Both the position numbers and the translations under genes were made by a program. From NCBI GenBank assembly GCA_002633005.1, contig NMRA01000981.1:1-64000 (forward strand): a stretch of 64,000 nucleotides of DNA. Reading direction: 5' to 3'. A model generated the notes under the pieces. The model had not been told where the DNA came from and ran no database searches. It worked only from the letters and a program-made list of their open reading frames with translations. Below, piece after piece: positions 51,540 through 64,000 of this stretch. The stretch's first letter is position 1; the number at the start of each line of letters is the position of its first letter. Source of the DNA: Phoronis australis. Lineage: Eukaryota; Animalia; Phoronida.

Positions 51540-52320
51540 CATAATTGCATCTTCCTCGCTTCAGGACCATGACAAGACTGTGCGTAGCTTCAGCAAGGAG
51601 TACGAGTCCAAGTGAGGCTACACTCGCTTTGGAAGATGTCTGGGCCAGAGTTTCCAAGGAAGTCATAAAAGAATTGTTGACCGCATAAGGGATGACCCGG
51701 TACTCTGCTCTATCGACATTCCACTGCCTATCATCAACTCCTTGTCCATCACAATATATTTGAGGAAGTTGGAAAAGTAGGCAAATTGTAGTCAAAAGTG
51801 GTTCCTCACCGAAAGGTATTTTCCAGTCAGGCCCATGCCAGATGCCCCTAGCCTCCCCACTTTGTTACAATTGCCAGATCGACCAGAGGTCTACTATGCA
51901 GCGCATTTCTGGGAATAGATATCTGGTTAAGGAGATCATGGGTGTGGATGAACCAAGGGTCTGTTGCTGTGGCTCCATGTGCTCCAGTTCTGGTCGTGGT
52001 TCCTGCTCAGCCACAGGCACCTTTTGTAAGATTGGAGCAGCAGTCATAGAACCAAAGGAGCTAAAGTACACCTCCGCAACCACTTCCCTCAAATTCAGTC
52101 ATGCGTAAAAAGTCCAAGGATCACTGCGCTGCCTGCAAGCAACCAAAGTGTGGTGGGTTACCTAAGCGGTGCACCACCTCAAAGGACAAGACATCTGGCA
52201 GTCCACAGAAGATGTTCACATTCTGTTTCACCACTGGGAGATCGACTACACCAGGTTGGATGGAGTCTATAAAAGCTTCCAGTGTTTCAAAGAGTGTGGA
52301 TGCAGGTCTCCTGAAAAGAA
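51540..52320 (+). pseudogene. Decayed coding fragment resembling C-termini of uncharacterised transposon-derived animal proteins (DUF6729-associated, from recall)
   Basis: DHDKTVRSFSKEYESK*GYTRFGRCLG...HKRIVDRIRDDPVLCSIDIPLPIINSLSI and later CAACKQPKCGG...QKMFTFC; stops and frameshifts. The family assignment is not verified by search. Confidence 0.45.
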
Positions 52321-52797
52321 ATAATGCCTGTTGATAGGTTTAAACTAAGTCTGATTACAAAGGTTGGAGCTGCAACTATGAACTGAATATTTTTGGTGTA
52401 GTTGAGGTGATTTTAAAGGCAGTTATTAAAGTAGTAAAAGTGGCGATTTAAGAGAATTTTTGTTTATTTTTAGTTCACAATGGAAATGATTTGCTGCATG
52501 ATATGTAAGTTCATATGTTGTGCGTATTTGTGTACCAAATGCTGCTTTACTGCCCATATGTGTGAAGCTTTGTCTTTTCCGCTGCTTTCAAAACATTTTA
52601 TGCCATACTTGGTGTGTGGTTTTTCCTGGGAGCTTTCCTGTAGCTTTTGTCATGGCTGTTGTTGTTTAACCAAACTGACTTTGTTGTTAACACTTGTTGG
52701 GAGTATTGTGTCTGTGTGACCTGAGTTCTGCTTAGCAGTGCAGATTTGTTTGTTTTTCAAATTGGTCGTAAGCAGCTTGGCAGACTCAAAACAGCTA

Positions 52798-52892
52798 CTT
52801 TTATTTATTTATTATTTATTTATTTATTTATTATTGTGATATTTAAAATGAGGGTGGCCTCTTCAGTGATAGCACTGCTTTCCAAGAGGGCT
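52798..52892 (-). mobile_element. Short 3' end of a LINE or SINE with a (TAAA)n tail
   Basis: Minus strand CCCTCTTGGAAAGCAGTGCTATCACTGAAGAGGCCACCCTC followed by TAAA repeats. Confidence 0.5.
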
Positions 52893-53589
52893 ACGCTAGC
52901 TGAATGTTCACATTTCTAAAGTTTTTGTGTAACCCTGGTTTATCTTATATGTGTTTTCAACTGCTTTTTTGTTTGTTATTTACAGAATGCCTGTCTGGCA
53001 TGTACGTTTAATCTTTGTGTTGTAAATAAGGGCTGAGATAACACAGTCATATTGAACGATAATGTTCACTTTTTAGAAAGGCACAACGTGATGTTATGGA
53101 TCGAATCCTGGTGGCTGACCGTGCCTGTTATCTCAGCGTCTAGTTTGTTCATTAATTATATGGCGTTCTGGAAGGAGAATCAATTATTTTCTGAAACGAC
53201 TATGAAATAATAAATCTTTACTACTATGAAATAACGAGACAGTGTAAAGAGATGGCCCAAAATTCAAGCACGTGCGAGGTAAGATAACTAAGGTCTCGTT
53301 TTGTTACTAAATTCCCTTTTTGGTGTTTTTTGTGCTTTTAGCCCCTCAGTGATTGCAGGAAAACAGGATAATCACTTAGGTGGGGGAGTCATGGCCCGGG
53401 AATGGGCAATGACCAAGTCAAGTGCATAAGCGTCGTGGTTTAGTGCACATAACAGGAGTGTCTACACAATTAGCACCAGATGAGAAAACGCTTTAAGCAA
53501 TTTTGTACAAAGATTTTGGATTTACTATGTATGCCAATATTGAAATACTAATCAACTCTGGCACGTCACATACTGGCAATGAATGTTGA

Positions 53590-56500
53590 AAGGGTCTCCA
53601 GTTTGTTTTAGGGTTGGTAACATTTTCAACTTAAGCCGGTCTTTCCGAAACATCTACCTATCTAATAACGACATCACATCCCCTGATTTAGTGATTTGCT
53701 CTGAATATTTTTTTTTAAAGTATGACACATGTGACGTTTATACAATAAAGGTGTATCAAAAGAAATATCCTGAGCGTGATGAATGAAGATTTAGGTAAAT
53801 TTGACCGTTGTTTAATTGCCGCTAAGAATCAACATAAGCAGACTGTCAGAACATGGTTGAAGCCCGGCGCGCTAGAATGGGTGATTATAGCACCCAACAC
53901 CAACTCCAGCACCGTTGCTTGTCTTCACCTATGAAAGCTAAAATGGCCAAGGGAACTCCCTATACTTTTCTATGTAGGAAACATTTTCAAATTAAGCCGG
54001 TCTTTCCGATAAACCTATCTTTTAAAGTGGAGTACCAAAAACGTCTATATGATATAGGGGATTTGTTCAAAATAACTTTCAACTGGAATCATTTTCCATC
54101 CCATATGTGCAAGTTTTAAAACGAACTAATGCAACGCGAAAAGATGAAATATCGTAAATCGTGGAATCGGATATTTTTGTATTCGGAATTTTGTGTATGT
54201 CACAGGCATGTGTTTTCTAAAAACTAGCATACAATAAAAGTAAATTCCTAACCTAAATAGCAAAACAACTGCATCAATACATTGATAAGATATTGTTTAC
54301 CTTAAATATTCACGATGAATTTATAAAAAAGGCTCTTACGTTTTCTAAGTTTGCACTTTGCTTTTCCTTTGTGAAAAAACTTCAATTCTGTCATCAAATC
54401 CCGAGTCTTAATTTTTGATAGCCCTCACACAAAAGTGGAACATTATAAAATAATGCCTATTAATGTAGAGAACAGTACATAAAGAATATTATGTTATTTT
54501 TTCCAAATCCCGTAAGCCGTTTCCCAGATATGCTGTTCCAATTTTACCCGAATTTGACTATTTCCATAAGGTCTTGGAGACCATTAAGATTGCCAAATGA
54601 CGAAGCAAAAAGTTTCCGCCGGGCATGGTCACCTGTCGGGAACTATGAAAGATAAATGGTCAACAGCATTCCCTACATGTTTCTCTGTTGGTAACATTTT
54701 CAAGTTAAGCCCGTCTTTGCGAAAAACCTACCTTCTAAAGCGTGATATTAAAGCCTTATTGTGATTTGGTCAATTCATACAAGCTTTAAACTGTGGGATG
54801 TTGAATGGTGTCACGAAATCCGTGAGATTCATGATATATTATTTAGTGTGATAGTTTGGCAAAATTATTGACATTTGGTGTTTGCTAGCAAATTGTTTGT
54901 GTTTATAGTAACTTGTTTTAGCTGTCAGCTGAGTCAGAGACCAACCCATCCGGCGTGTCCACACATGTCATTCACAGAATCATAGCCTAAAGACAGCTGA
55001 CCATTACCATACATGGCAAACACAACAGAATGGTTCTGATTATTGTTTGTGAAGTCTCTTAGAGTTGCTTCCTGTTATTTCCTGTGGAATCTTGACTCAT
55101 GATCATGTTTAGTGCATGCAACCCACATATTTGTAACTTGTAAATAAATCCGTTCACTTGTCTAATAAAGACAGTCCTCACCTTGCCATTGCCAGTTGCT
55201 TTACTATTGAGTGTTCCACACTTAGTTACTGAATACAACCATCTCATTGACGGACCGAGACAGTCCAGCCACAACACAACAATGCTACTAAGTCAAGTTA
55301 TTCTACTGCCACTGCCACTTGTGTTATACTACATTGTGAATGGATTCCTTTTCTATCACCTATCTGCAAGCTTTCTCATTATTGAATATGTAAAAATTAA
55401 TACAACGCTAAAATAACATATCGATAATCGTTGAATCAGCTGTTTTTCTATGTGGGATTTCGCACATGTCACTGGTATGTATTTTCACAAAAATAACATA
55501 AAGGAAAGGCAATTCCTACCGTAAATAGCAAACCAAGTGTATCAATACATTGATCAGATATTCTTTTACTGAAATGTTCACGATGAATTTTTTTAAAAGG
55601 GATTTTACATTTTAATAAGTTAGGTCTTTGCTTTTGCATTATGCAAAAACCTCATGTTTTCACAAAATCCTAAGTCATCATTTTTGACAGTCTCTAACAC
55701 TAAAGTGGAACATTACAAAATAATACCTAACACAATTTGGAGAACAATACATAAAGAATATTATGTCAGTTGTTCATCAATTCCATAAGCCGTTCGGTTT
55801 CCCAGAGTATGCTGTTCCAATTTTAGCCGAATTTGACCATTTCCAAAAGGACCGAGAGATCCTTAAGATGGCCAAATAACCGAGAAAAAAGATTCCAGGA
55901 CTGCCACCTAACGGGAATTATGAAAGAGAAAGGGTCAATGGCATTGCGTACACAACGGTTTCTCTGCTGGTAACATTTTCAACCTAAGGCCGGTCTTTCT
56001 GAAAAACCTACATTCTAATGTAAAATATGAAACCGTCTTGGTGATTTAATGGTTCAGGTCAAAATGACTTTCATATGGAGATATTTGATGGATTCATTTT
56101 ATATCACGTATGTGCAACTTTTCTCATTATTGAAATTGAAACAATCCACCGCTAAAAGATAAGGTATCCTTAATCTTTAAATCAGCTATTTTTGTATTTG
56201 GGATTTTGCATATGTCACTGGCATGTACTTTCAAAACCCTACCATAAAAGGAAGGTAGATTCCTACCGTAAGTAGGAAAACAACTGTATCCATACATTGA
56301 TCAGATATTTTTGACTGAAAGGTTCACGATAAAGTTTTTAAAGCTTGTTAGGGCTTTCAAATTTAGAGATATTTCTGAAAGATTGAAGGACAACATGCAA
56401 TTAATCTAGATAAATTTCATATTAATGGCCTCTAAGACCATGTGGAAAGGGCTAAATCTGACTAAAATCGGATTAACATATCTGAGAAGAGATTCATAAA

Positions 56501-56790
56501 ATATTTGAAATATTATTCTTTCTTTAAAGTGTTCCAAATTGTTAGACAATATTTCATAATGTTCCACTTTTGTGTGAGTGGCTATTAAACATTAAGACTC
56601 AGTCGAGATTTCATGAAAAATCTGATATTTTTGCATAAAGCAAAGGCAAAACACTAGCTGATCGTGCATTTGTTTAGTTTTTTAATGAGCTTTAAACAGA
56701 AGAGTAACAGTTTGTAAGAGGCGACAATATTCACGCTTCTGTCTTGGTAACATTTTCAGCTTAGCCGGTCTTTTTGAAAAAGCTACGCTT
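53590..56790. repeat. Diverged array of about 0.7 kb units with an inverted partial unit and an LTR-like insertion
   Basis: GG(T/A)AACATTTTCA...GCC(G/C)GTCTTT recurs at 53616, 53977, 54690, 55969 and 56746. About 56430-56650 is the reverse complement of about 54355-54590. Related fragments lie at about 31560-31880 and 36690-36780. Confidence 0.75.
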
Positions 56791-58689
56791 TAATGGAGGT
56801 ATAAAATTTCTGTGATTGATTCGTTTGATTCAAATTAATTTTAAAAACTACACCGAACACAAAGCTTAGGCTTATCGTAAATCGGAAAAGTATTGCCCAT
56901 TTTTGTGAATGGGTTATTCAAATCCGGCACCGCAACTAATTATTGTGAGTGATTCGGAACAAACAACATTTTATATTACGATATCGAATCCTCTAACTGA
57001 TTAAATAATTTGATTCAACTTAGCTTTTTAACTTTAAGATTGTGAATTGATTCGCTTGATACCATGTATGCATAAGCTTTAATTTCTCATTATTGAATCG
57101 CAAAACGTATAACGATAACCTCGGTTAATTTGTATCCGGAGGTTTGCAGATGTCACTGCCATACAACTGTTATCTGCATACATCTTCATGCGCCTTTCAT
57201 ATGTTCGACAAATTCAATTTTCAAAGTTTCCACAATTGATAGCTGTGATAAGATTAAATCTTTTAAACAAGGAATAGGAATACAGTAGCATTTTCAAGAA
57301 GACGGGCGTGTAACTTTTTCAAAGCCTAAGTTTTCCCAAGAATGAAAAGGGAAGGGATGTCTTTAAGATATTATCACGACACTTTTTACTCTTTATAGTT
57401 GGGAAAATAATGTATATTTAAGTTAATCATCGTCCCTCGTTTTTAATGAGACTAGTGAAGAGTGCTGAACCGATTCACCAAAAGTTGTCCAGGGCCACCT
57501 TACGGACGGTTTTGCCGATGACGTCAGATCTCAAAATGGCTGCCTACACGGACGAGTTGATGATCCTAGTTTGTCAAATCAAAACCTGTCTCAAATACGT
57601 GGTTTGCAGCCAGAACTTTCGGCCAGATAAGAAAATGTTCAAGGTACAACAAGTATGTATGATTTCATCGCATTTACCTTCGTTGTTTTTTGAGTTATTT
57701 GCGAGAGTACGTTCACTTCCGTGTTCACATCAGCTCATCGGCACCGCTCCTTCAATAGACCGAGGAACACCTTAGGAGGTTGTCGATGTGTTTAATTCCT
57801 TCCAACTCAAACAAATACTCCCGTTATGAAACTTTTTCTTCGAGCAGACTACCGTTTCTGGTTGTGCTGGCCAGCTGGAGACGGTGGTCACTGTCTACAT
57901 AAAACCCAAAGTGTTTTAGTGCCTGGGCGTTGTTTTCGGTATAGGTGCATCTAATAGCCGAAATATCGCTTATTTTAGCATGTAAAAGTTAAAAAATTAC
58001 ATCTGAGTCTGAAAGTTTAGATATTTTGGAGCGGTGAATCTTCGGAGTGGTGAATTGTTGAAGTAGTGAACCTTCGGAATTAGTCAGTGAACCTTCCGAG
58101 TAGTAAACTTTCAAAATAGTGGGATGTCCCCATTTCCAGCGATGTAAGCAACCAGATAAACAATTTTGTTAAGTCATTCGCCAACTAGACTTCATATTTC
58201 CGTCGGAGTATGCAATGAGGTGTAATCACTCATTTAAGTATGGCTGATTTGAAACTTCGGCAGGAAATAACGCGAGAATGTTCTCTTTTTGGACTACATT
58301 ACATCCTAATTTGTGTCTTGTTCTTTTCGAGCAACCATCACAGCATCCTCGTTTCTGGTATTACAAATTCCGTCTCATCTCATGAACATGAGTTGTCATC
58401 ATGTATACAAATTTGCCTTCCCCCTAATTAAGCTGCGTCAAAGGCATCACCGAAAGCTCTACAGTGTCGACGTTTGCAAAATACCAAGATCCACCGTTCT
58501 TGAAATTCGAACCACCCCCCGCTCAATGCTGGCTACGGGCCTGAATATATATGCATTTGAGTAGAGAGATAGGGGCGTCTAAAAAAGTCGCCCCTACATC
58601 GACCAAACCTCTGCACGCTACTGCCCCACCGCTAAAAATGTCTGTAAAGCATCTTTTGTTGCATGCAGAATGTTGCTCGACATTATGCA

Positions 58690-59440
58690 AATGGTTTCAA
58701 GCGGTTACCTGGCGAGTTGATCTAGCTCAACTCAGGTACTTGGGTGTGTCTGACGAAGATAACCCACCACTATATTTGCCTGGCAGTATTTATTCTTAAT
58801 ACCTGGGCTTACGGCGAATATTTTGCAACTGGTTTTATGTGGTTGCCTCAGGGTTGATCTAGCTCAATTATGTATTTGGGCATGTCTGGCGGGGCTAACC
58901 CACCACTAGATTTGTCTGGCAGTATTTATTAGTGATACCTGGGCTTATGGTGAATATTTTGGAACTAGTTTTAGGCGGTTACCTCTCAGGTTGATCTAGC
59001 TCAATTTTTAACCCTTTTTGATAATCATCTGGCAGGGGCACCCCACCAGTGAAATTGTCTGGCATCTAACTGTTGTTCCATGTCAAGTGATGCTGAACAT
59101 CGTGCAATTGGTTTCAAACGGTTACCTGATGGGTTGATCTAGCTCAATTCTGGTATCTGGGCGTGTCTGGCGGGGGTAACCCACCACTAGATTTGTCTGG
59201 CATTCTTCATTTCGTGATACCTGGGCTTACAGTGAATATTTTGCGACTGGTTTCAAGCGGTTACCTCTTGGATTGATCTAGCTCAATTTTTGTACCCTGT
59301 ATATATATGTTCGTCTGGCGGGTACTCCCCACCACTGAAATTGTCTGGCAGTGACCAATTTTGATACAATGAATGACGTAGCAGGTATTGATGGCAGTTT
59401 TAAGTGGTTACCAGAAAAGTTTATCTAGCTCAATTTGTTA
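58690..59440 (+). repeat. About 140 bp tandem repeat, 6 diverged copies
   Basis: GGTTACC...ATCTAGCTCAA...TCTGGC...CCCACCAC recurs near 58719, 58856, 58993, 59136, 59275 and 59422. Confidence 0.92.
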
Positions 59441-59973
59441 GTGTAATTCTCTTGGCTCCCCTGACCACACCCACCAGAGCGAACCTGCCAGACGGCCATT
59501 TCCAAGCATCAGGATACCCATAGAGCACTGTGGCACCAAAGAAAATTGGTTACCCTTTTCATGCACAAAAAAGCTCTGGGATCCCGGTCTAACATCGGCA
59601 CCGTTTCGTCATTTCAGTAGTCAGTAGACCAAGTTGTCGCTGTAATAAATTACGAATATTTCCAAATATACGCCAGCTGGGCTCGTTTTTTTGGGGAGGG
59701 GGGTGGTAGATGTGACAAAGAATAAAGATGCGTGTAAATTATGCGTGCGCAGTGGCAGGTCTACGATTTCAGTAAGGGGGGGGGGTTAGGATTCGTGCAA
59801 AGGTCGAATCCGAGGCGCGTGGGGCCGAGTGGGGGGAGACAATTTTTTTGTTTTTGTAGCCAAGTAGTGAAGTTTCCATGCATCCTGGTAAGTTTCTAGC
59901 ACTTAACAGGTCTCGGGAATTTTTTCCCAAGATAATTTAAAACCCTTCTTGATTTTCGTCGCATAAGTTTCGT

Positions 59974-62900
59974 TGTAGTCGGCAACATCATTGGCCTTTT
60001 GTTTTTCTGTGGCGTCTTGTGATTGGTCCATTTTGGTGTGTTCCCTGTATGTTCATTACAAAAGAGGTTGGCGCTTCTGGTGATTGTTTTTTTCTTGGAA
60101 AACCGGCAAGGTCTTCCATGCTTGATCTGCTCTCGGCATAAAAGTGAGTATAAAAGTGAGTACTCTTTTGCCTAGCTAGTGAACCTGCAGTAATGCAACA
60201 TTTGGCGTAGTCGGCGCTAGTTAGGGATATCATAAGAGTTCAAAAGGCTTTTACCTGTCCAGGGTTTTTCGTTAGTCCGGGGGGAAAGTTGGAAAGCTTA
60301 GTCGGTGCTCTGCTAACAAGTGGTTAGTGCAGTGACCAAGGGGTTCTTGGTCTTTAGGTGTAGTTTGTTTTAGGTTATCTGGGCCTCATTTTTTGCAGGG
60401 TTTTTTTGTGGTTTATTTTTGGGTCTTTTGTTAATTTCGGGGTATTTGCCAGTTAGAATTGGGTGTGGTTCCATTGACTTAGTCACGTAGTAGGTAGTGT
60501 TTTGGTTATGAATGCCAATTCATTCCCTAACCTTTAGTCCTTATATAAAATATATATATATGTATATATATATATTGCCTTTTGATAGCCAACCATGTCA
60601 GTAGGTTTACGAATCCCCATAAGCTACTGTCGTGAGTCAGACTAGTTAGATTTGCCGGGAGTTGACGAAGATATCGTCGAACAAATAGTTGACTTCCGGG
60701 AAAGGTGTTCTATCGATCACCGTAATATTTGTCACATAGCGGATGATTGGATAGTAACTCCCTTGGTGACTGACCGGGTGGATTATTCTTTAACCCCCAG
60801 TTCAGATTCCCGCACATATAATTTGCCGGCGAGGTTAGCTCGAGTGGCTGACGCTTGCGATATGCTAAATAGGTCCCTTAGTCCTCGTTTAGGTAGAACT
60901 ACTAAGTACCAAGGGGGGTCCCAATACCAGGTAGAGGAGGGTAGGCGCAACAGTGGCATAAGTCCCGGCGATAATACGCCTCCTGTTCGACGCAGGGGGT
61001 ATTCGGAAAATGTAGGAGGTAGGCGTGACAGTGGTCTGGATCCCGACGCTTTTATTTCTCCTGTTCGCCCAATGGGGTACTGGGAAAATAGAGAGGGAAC
61101 GCGTGACAGAGGCGGAAGTCCTGGCGCGAGGAATGCCAGGGGTTATAAAGTTGATTCCCAATGCTCCCAATAATTTAGTTTTCAAGGGCTTGCGAAAGAT
61201 TTCCACTGGAAGTTTAGTCGTTTTGCTAAAGAAAACTTCTGGTCTGGTGATAAATGTTTAGCAGAGCTAAGTCTTTGCTGTGAAGGTGATGCACTCCGCT
61301 TCCTCTGTAATTTTACAGAAAGTCGGCCAGAGGCATTGTATGATGAAGTTGTTGATGCAATGAGAAAACGTTTTGGAGTTGCTTCGGGGGTGCCAGAAGT
61401 AGACCAATTACAATTTCACTCCACATCCCAAAAACAAGCCGAGTCCTTACATCAGTGGGCTGACAGGCTTAATCATCTGTATTTTTTGGCCTTTCCAAAT
61501 CCTTCAGATGGTGACCGCCATCGGGCCATACTCAGGTTTTGTTTGGGGTTAATGGATCAGGATATAGGCAAGCAGTTGTTGAATTGTCGTCCCCAATCCA
61601 TAGACCAGGGCCCGGTCTCCAATCTCCGTACTCAGACTCGAATCATGCTCAAACTCACACTTCATACTCAACTCGAGTACAGACTCCGCTTTGGTGTATT
61701 CAATGTCATACTCGAAAAATCTGTACTCGAAATTTCGAGCACGTACTCAGTTTTCGAGTGTACTCGAACTGAAGTGTATCTTATCTATATTTCGAGTACG
61801 ATTTTGAGTAAAAATTCCGAGTCTATGCTCAAATTTCAAGTTTGGTATGGCAGTGTGCTTGAAATCGTACTCGAAAATAAATACGAGCCAGAGAACAATA
61901 TATCGAAAGGGAACCAAGAAACACAGCAAATCTATAAAAACAAGTCCTCTTACCGTATTTCAGCACTTCAATTTCAGTTCAGAGATAATAGTTTTCATCT
62001 TAAATCTTCTTATTCTTCACCTTATTAACCCGCCGTATCACTGTATGTTATGGCCGCCATTCTACCTCTACAATTCCTGGCAACAAGCGCATTGTAATCC
62101 CTTGTCGGCGAGTCATAACAAGCGTCGAAAGCAGTTGTGGGAAAACTTGCGTGAGAAGTTTGTGCTGCCCTTATTTCGGTATGTGTGCCTACGTTTTGTA
62201 GGGATTCCAAAAGACGAGGGGAGGGAAATTAAAAAAAGTTCGCTTCCCTGTCAGGTACATTTCTCATCATAACGTAATCATCTATAATTCCTCAATCTCC
62301 AAGTGGAATTCCAGATTTTGTTTGCCGATTTCTAAGTAGACGTCTCGTCCCGTTCACTGCCACTGGTGAACTCTGAATGCCTGCACAAGTATTGTTTTTT
62401 AATTCACGTGCCATATGTCAACTCACTTGATACATCCCGGTAAAATACAAAGATACGGTATCAAAGTTTGACATCAGCGTAGGCCTACACAGCAATGGGT
62501 TTTATGTCAAGACTAAATCAGCAACAGAGATGTGNCCACTGGTGAACTCTGAATGCCTGCACAAGTATTGTTTTTTAACTCACGTGCCAAATGTCAACTC
62601 ACTTGATACATCTCGGTAAAATACAAAGATAAAGTATCAAAGTTTGACATCAGCGTAGGCCTACACAGCAATGGGTTTTATGTCAAGACTAAATCAGCAA
62701 CAGAGATGTGATGTGATAAGCTGTTACATATTTCCTAAGACATTTTCGGGACTGGGTGAGGAACTCAAGAAGTAAAGCTTAATAATTGCCAAATGTATCA
62801 AAGAAATGGCATAAGAATATTTATTGAAACTAAAAAATGAATAACAGTTACAGAACACTCAGAATTCCATGTTATAGACATACTCTTGTAGTTGTAGCGA

Positions 62901-64000
62901 CAGCAGACGATAATGTAGGCCTAGTTCTTGGGGTGGTCTATTCCAATAGCTAGGGAGCGATGAATCAGCGTGGCTTTGCGTGATTTTGCATTTCACATCA
63001 TAAAGAGTTCCATACCAACTCGAGTATGAGTGTCAGATTTGAGTACGTTTGGAGTCTACTCGAAATACGACATTAGATACGCTTTTTTGAGTACGACTCC
63101 AGTGAGCACGATTTTGAGTATGAAATCTCGAGTATGAGTCTGAGTACGGAGATTGGAGACCGGGCCCAGAACTACCCTGGCTCTGGGCAATTTCGGGTTC
63201 TACGGAAGAAATACACACAGTGGTACCTTGCTGTACTTTGTCTTTGACGACAGTCTTCATACAGCTAGCTGGCTGGCTACTACTGCATGCTCTTCCAACA
63301 CTGGCTGAGTGAGGCACAAGCAAGTTGCTGGCNGGGAGCGATGAATCAGCGCGGCTTTGCGTGATTTTGCATTTCACATCATAAAGAGTTCCATAGCAAC
63401 TCGAGTATGTGTGTCAGATTTGAGTACGTTTGGAGTCTACTCGAAATACGACATTAGATACGCTTTTTTGAGTTCGACTCCAGTGAGCACGATTTTGAGT
63501 ATGAAATCTCGAGTATGAGTATGAGTCTGAGTACGGAGATTGGAGACCGGGCCCAGGCACTGGATCTAGCCGTGTGGTTCTCCATGACGAGTGTTAGTCA
63601 CGGGTAGATTTTTTGACAGAGGATATCAAAGCTCTGCATAAACAAATGGACAATCTATCTAGGGAGATGAACCAAAATGTCTCTAACTTTCAAGGTCGTT
63701 TTTATAAAATAGACACCAATTTAGAGAAAATGCTGGGTTTGTTAGCTTCGGGTCGGGTGTCCCCTAGAAAATCCCCATCCAGATACCCGGTAATTCTCCG
63801 CGGAGAATCGGAGAGTGTTTCACTTGTGGGGAGACTGGCCATTTCAAATATTCGTGCCCCAATAAACCATCGGCCAATGTAAAACTAGCCTCAACGTCTC
63901 CTGATTGTTTAAACTGGACCGGACTGAAGGACTAGGTCTAAATTCAGTCCAGAATTCCCAATCAGGCCTACCCAAAGACTATTCAACTCTGATAGGTTTG
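59974..64000 (+). mobile_element. 5' part of a Ty3/Gypsy element: LTR end, tRNA-Ser PBS and disrupted gag
   Basis: ...GCAACA at 60200, then TGGCGTAGTCGGC (60203-60215), complementary to the tRNA-Ser 3' end. gag runs from ATG 60595 with stops and frameshifts: LPGVDEDIVEQIVDFR, FHSTSQKQAESLHQWADRL, RFCLGL, and CCHC knuckle CFTCGETGHFKYSC at 63816-63857. The LTR start is uncertain. Confidence 0.85.
61609..63553. mobile_element. PIF/Harbinger-type non-autonomous element inserted in gag
   Basis: TIR GGCCCGGTCTCCAATCTCCGTACTCAGACTC / GAGTCTGAGTACGGAGATTGGAGACCGGGCC with 3 bp TSD CAG (61606-61608 and 63554-63556). Removal restores gag ...RPQSIDQ|ALDLAVW. Confidence 0.92.

Noticed and set aside
61336-62028. 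Longest ORF in the track (230 aa) as a gene
   Set aside because: It is a chimera of gag (to 61608) and read-through into the inserted MITE.
62360-62710. 175 bp direct duplication around the N at 62535
   Set aside because: A single N joining overlapping near-identical sequence suggests a scaffolding or haplotype artefact.
62952-63553. Second right TIR of the Harbinger-type element near 63166 with a different flank, repeated after the N at 63333
   Set aside because: Probably a mis-joined contig from another copy; not treated as a real nested structure without reads.

Overview
AT-rich, repeat-dense eukaryotic DNA, most likely from an invertebrate animal (GT-AG introns, SINE, LINE and LTR remnants, MITEs). 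The main feature is hidden from the ORF track by introns: one minus-strand gene of about 21 kb (34242 to 13123) that I spliced by hand into 34 GT-AG exons with an open frame of about 1069 aa. Its order is: lysine-rich phase-0 micro-exon array, PR-Set7/SETD8-like SET domain, second micro-exon array, two C2H2 zinc fingers, tyrosine recombinase (R, K, R, H, Y retained), basic NLS-like tail. It looks like a Crypton-like recombinase fused to a histone methyltransferase; I could not find element ends. The rest is nested, decayed mobile DNA: a 4.5 kb element with CAC ends and a higher-order repeat, a LINE remnant, two Gypsy remnants, an internally inverted BEL/Pao integrase fragment, a tRNA-derived SINE, several MITEs and tandem arrays. 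Exon joins are predictions without transcript evidence.
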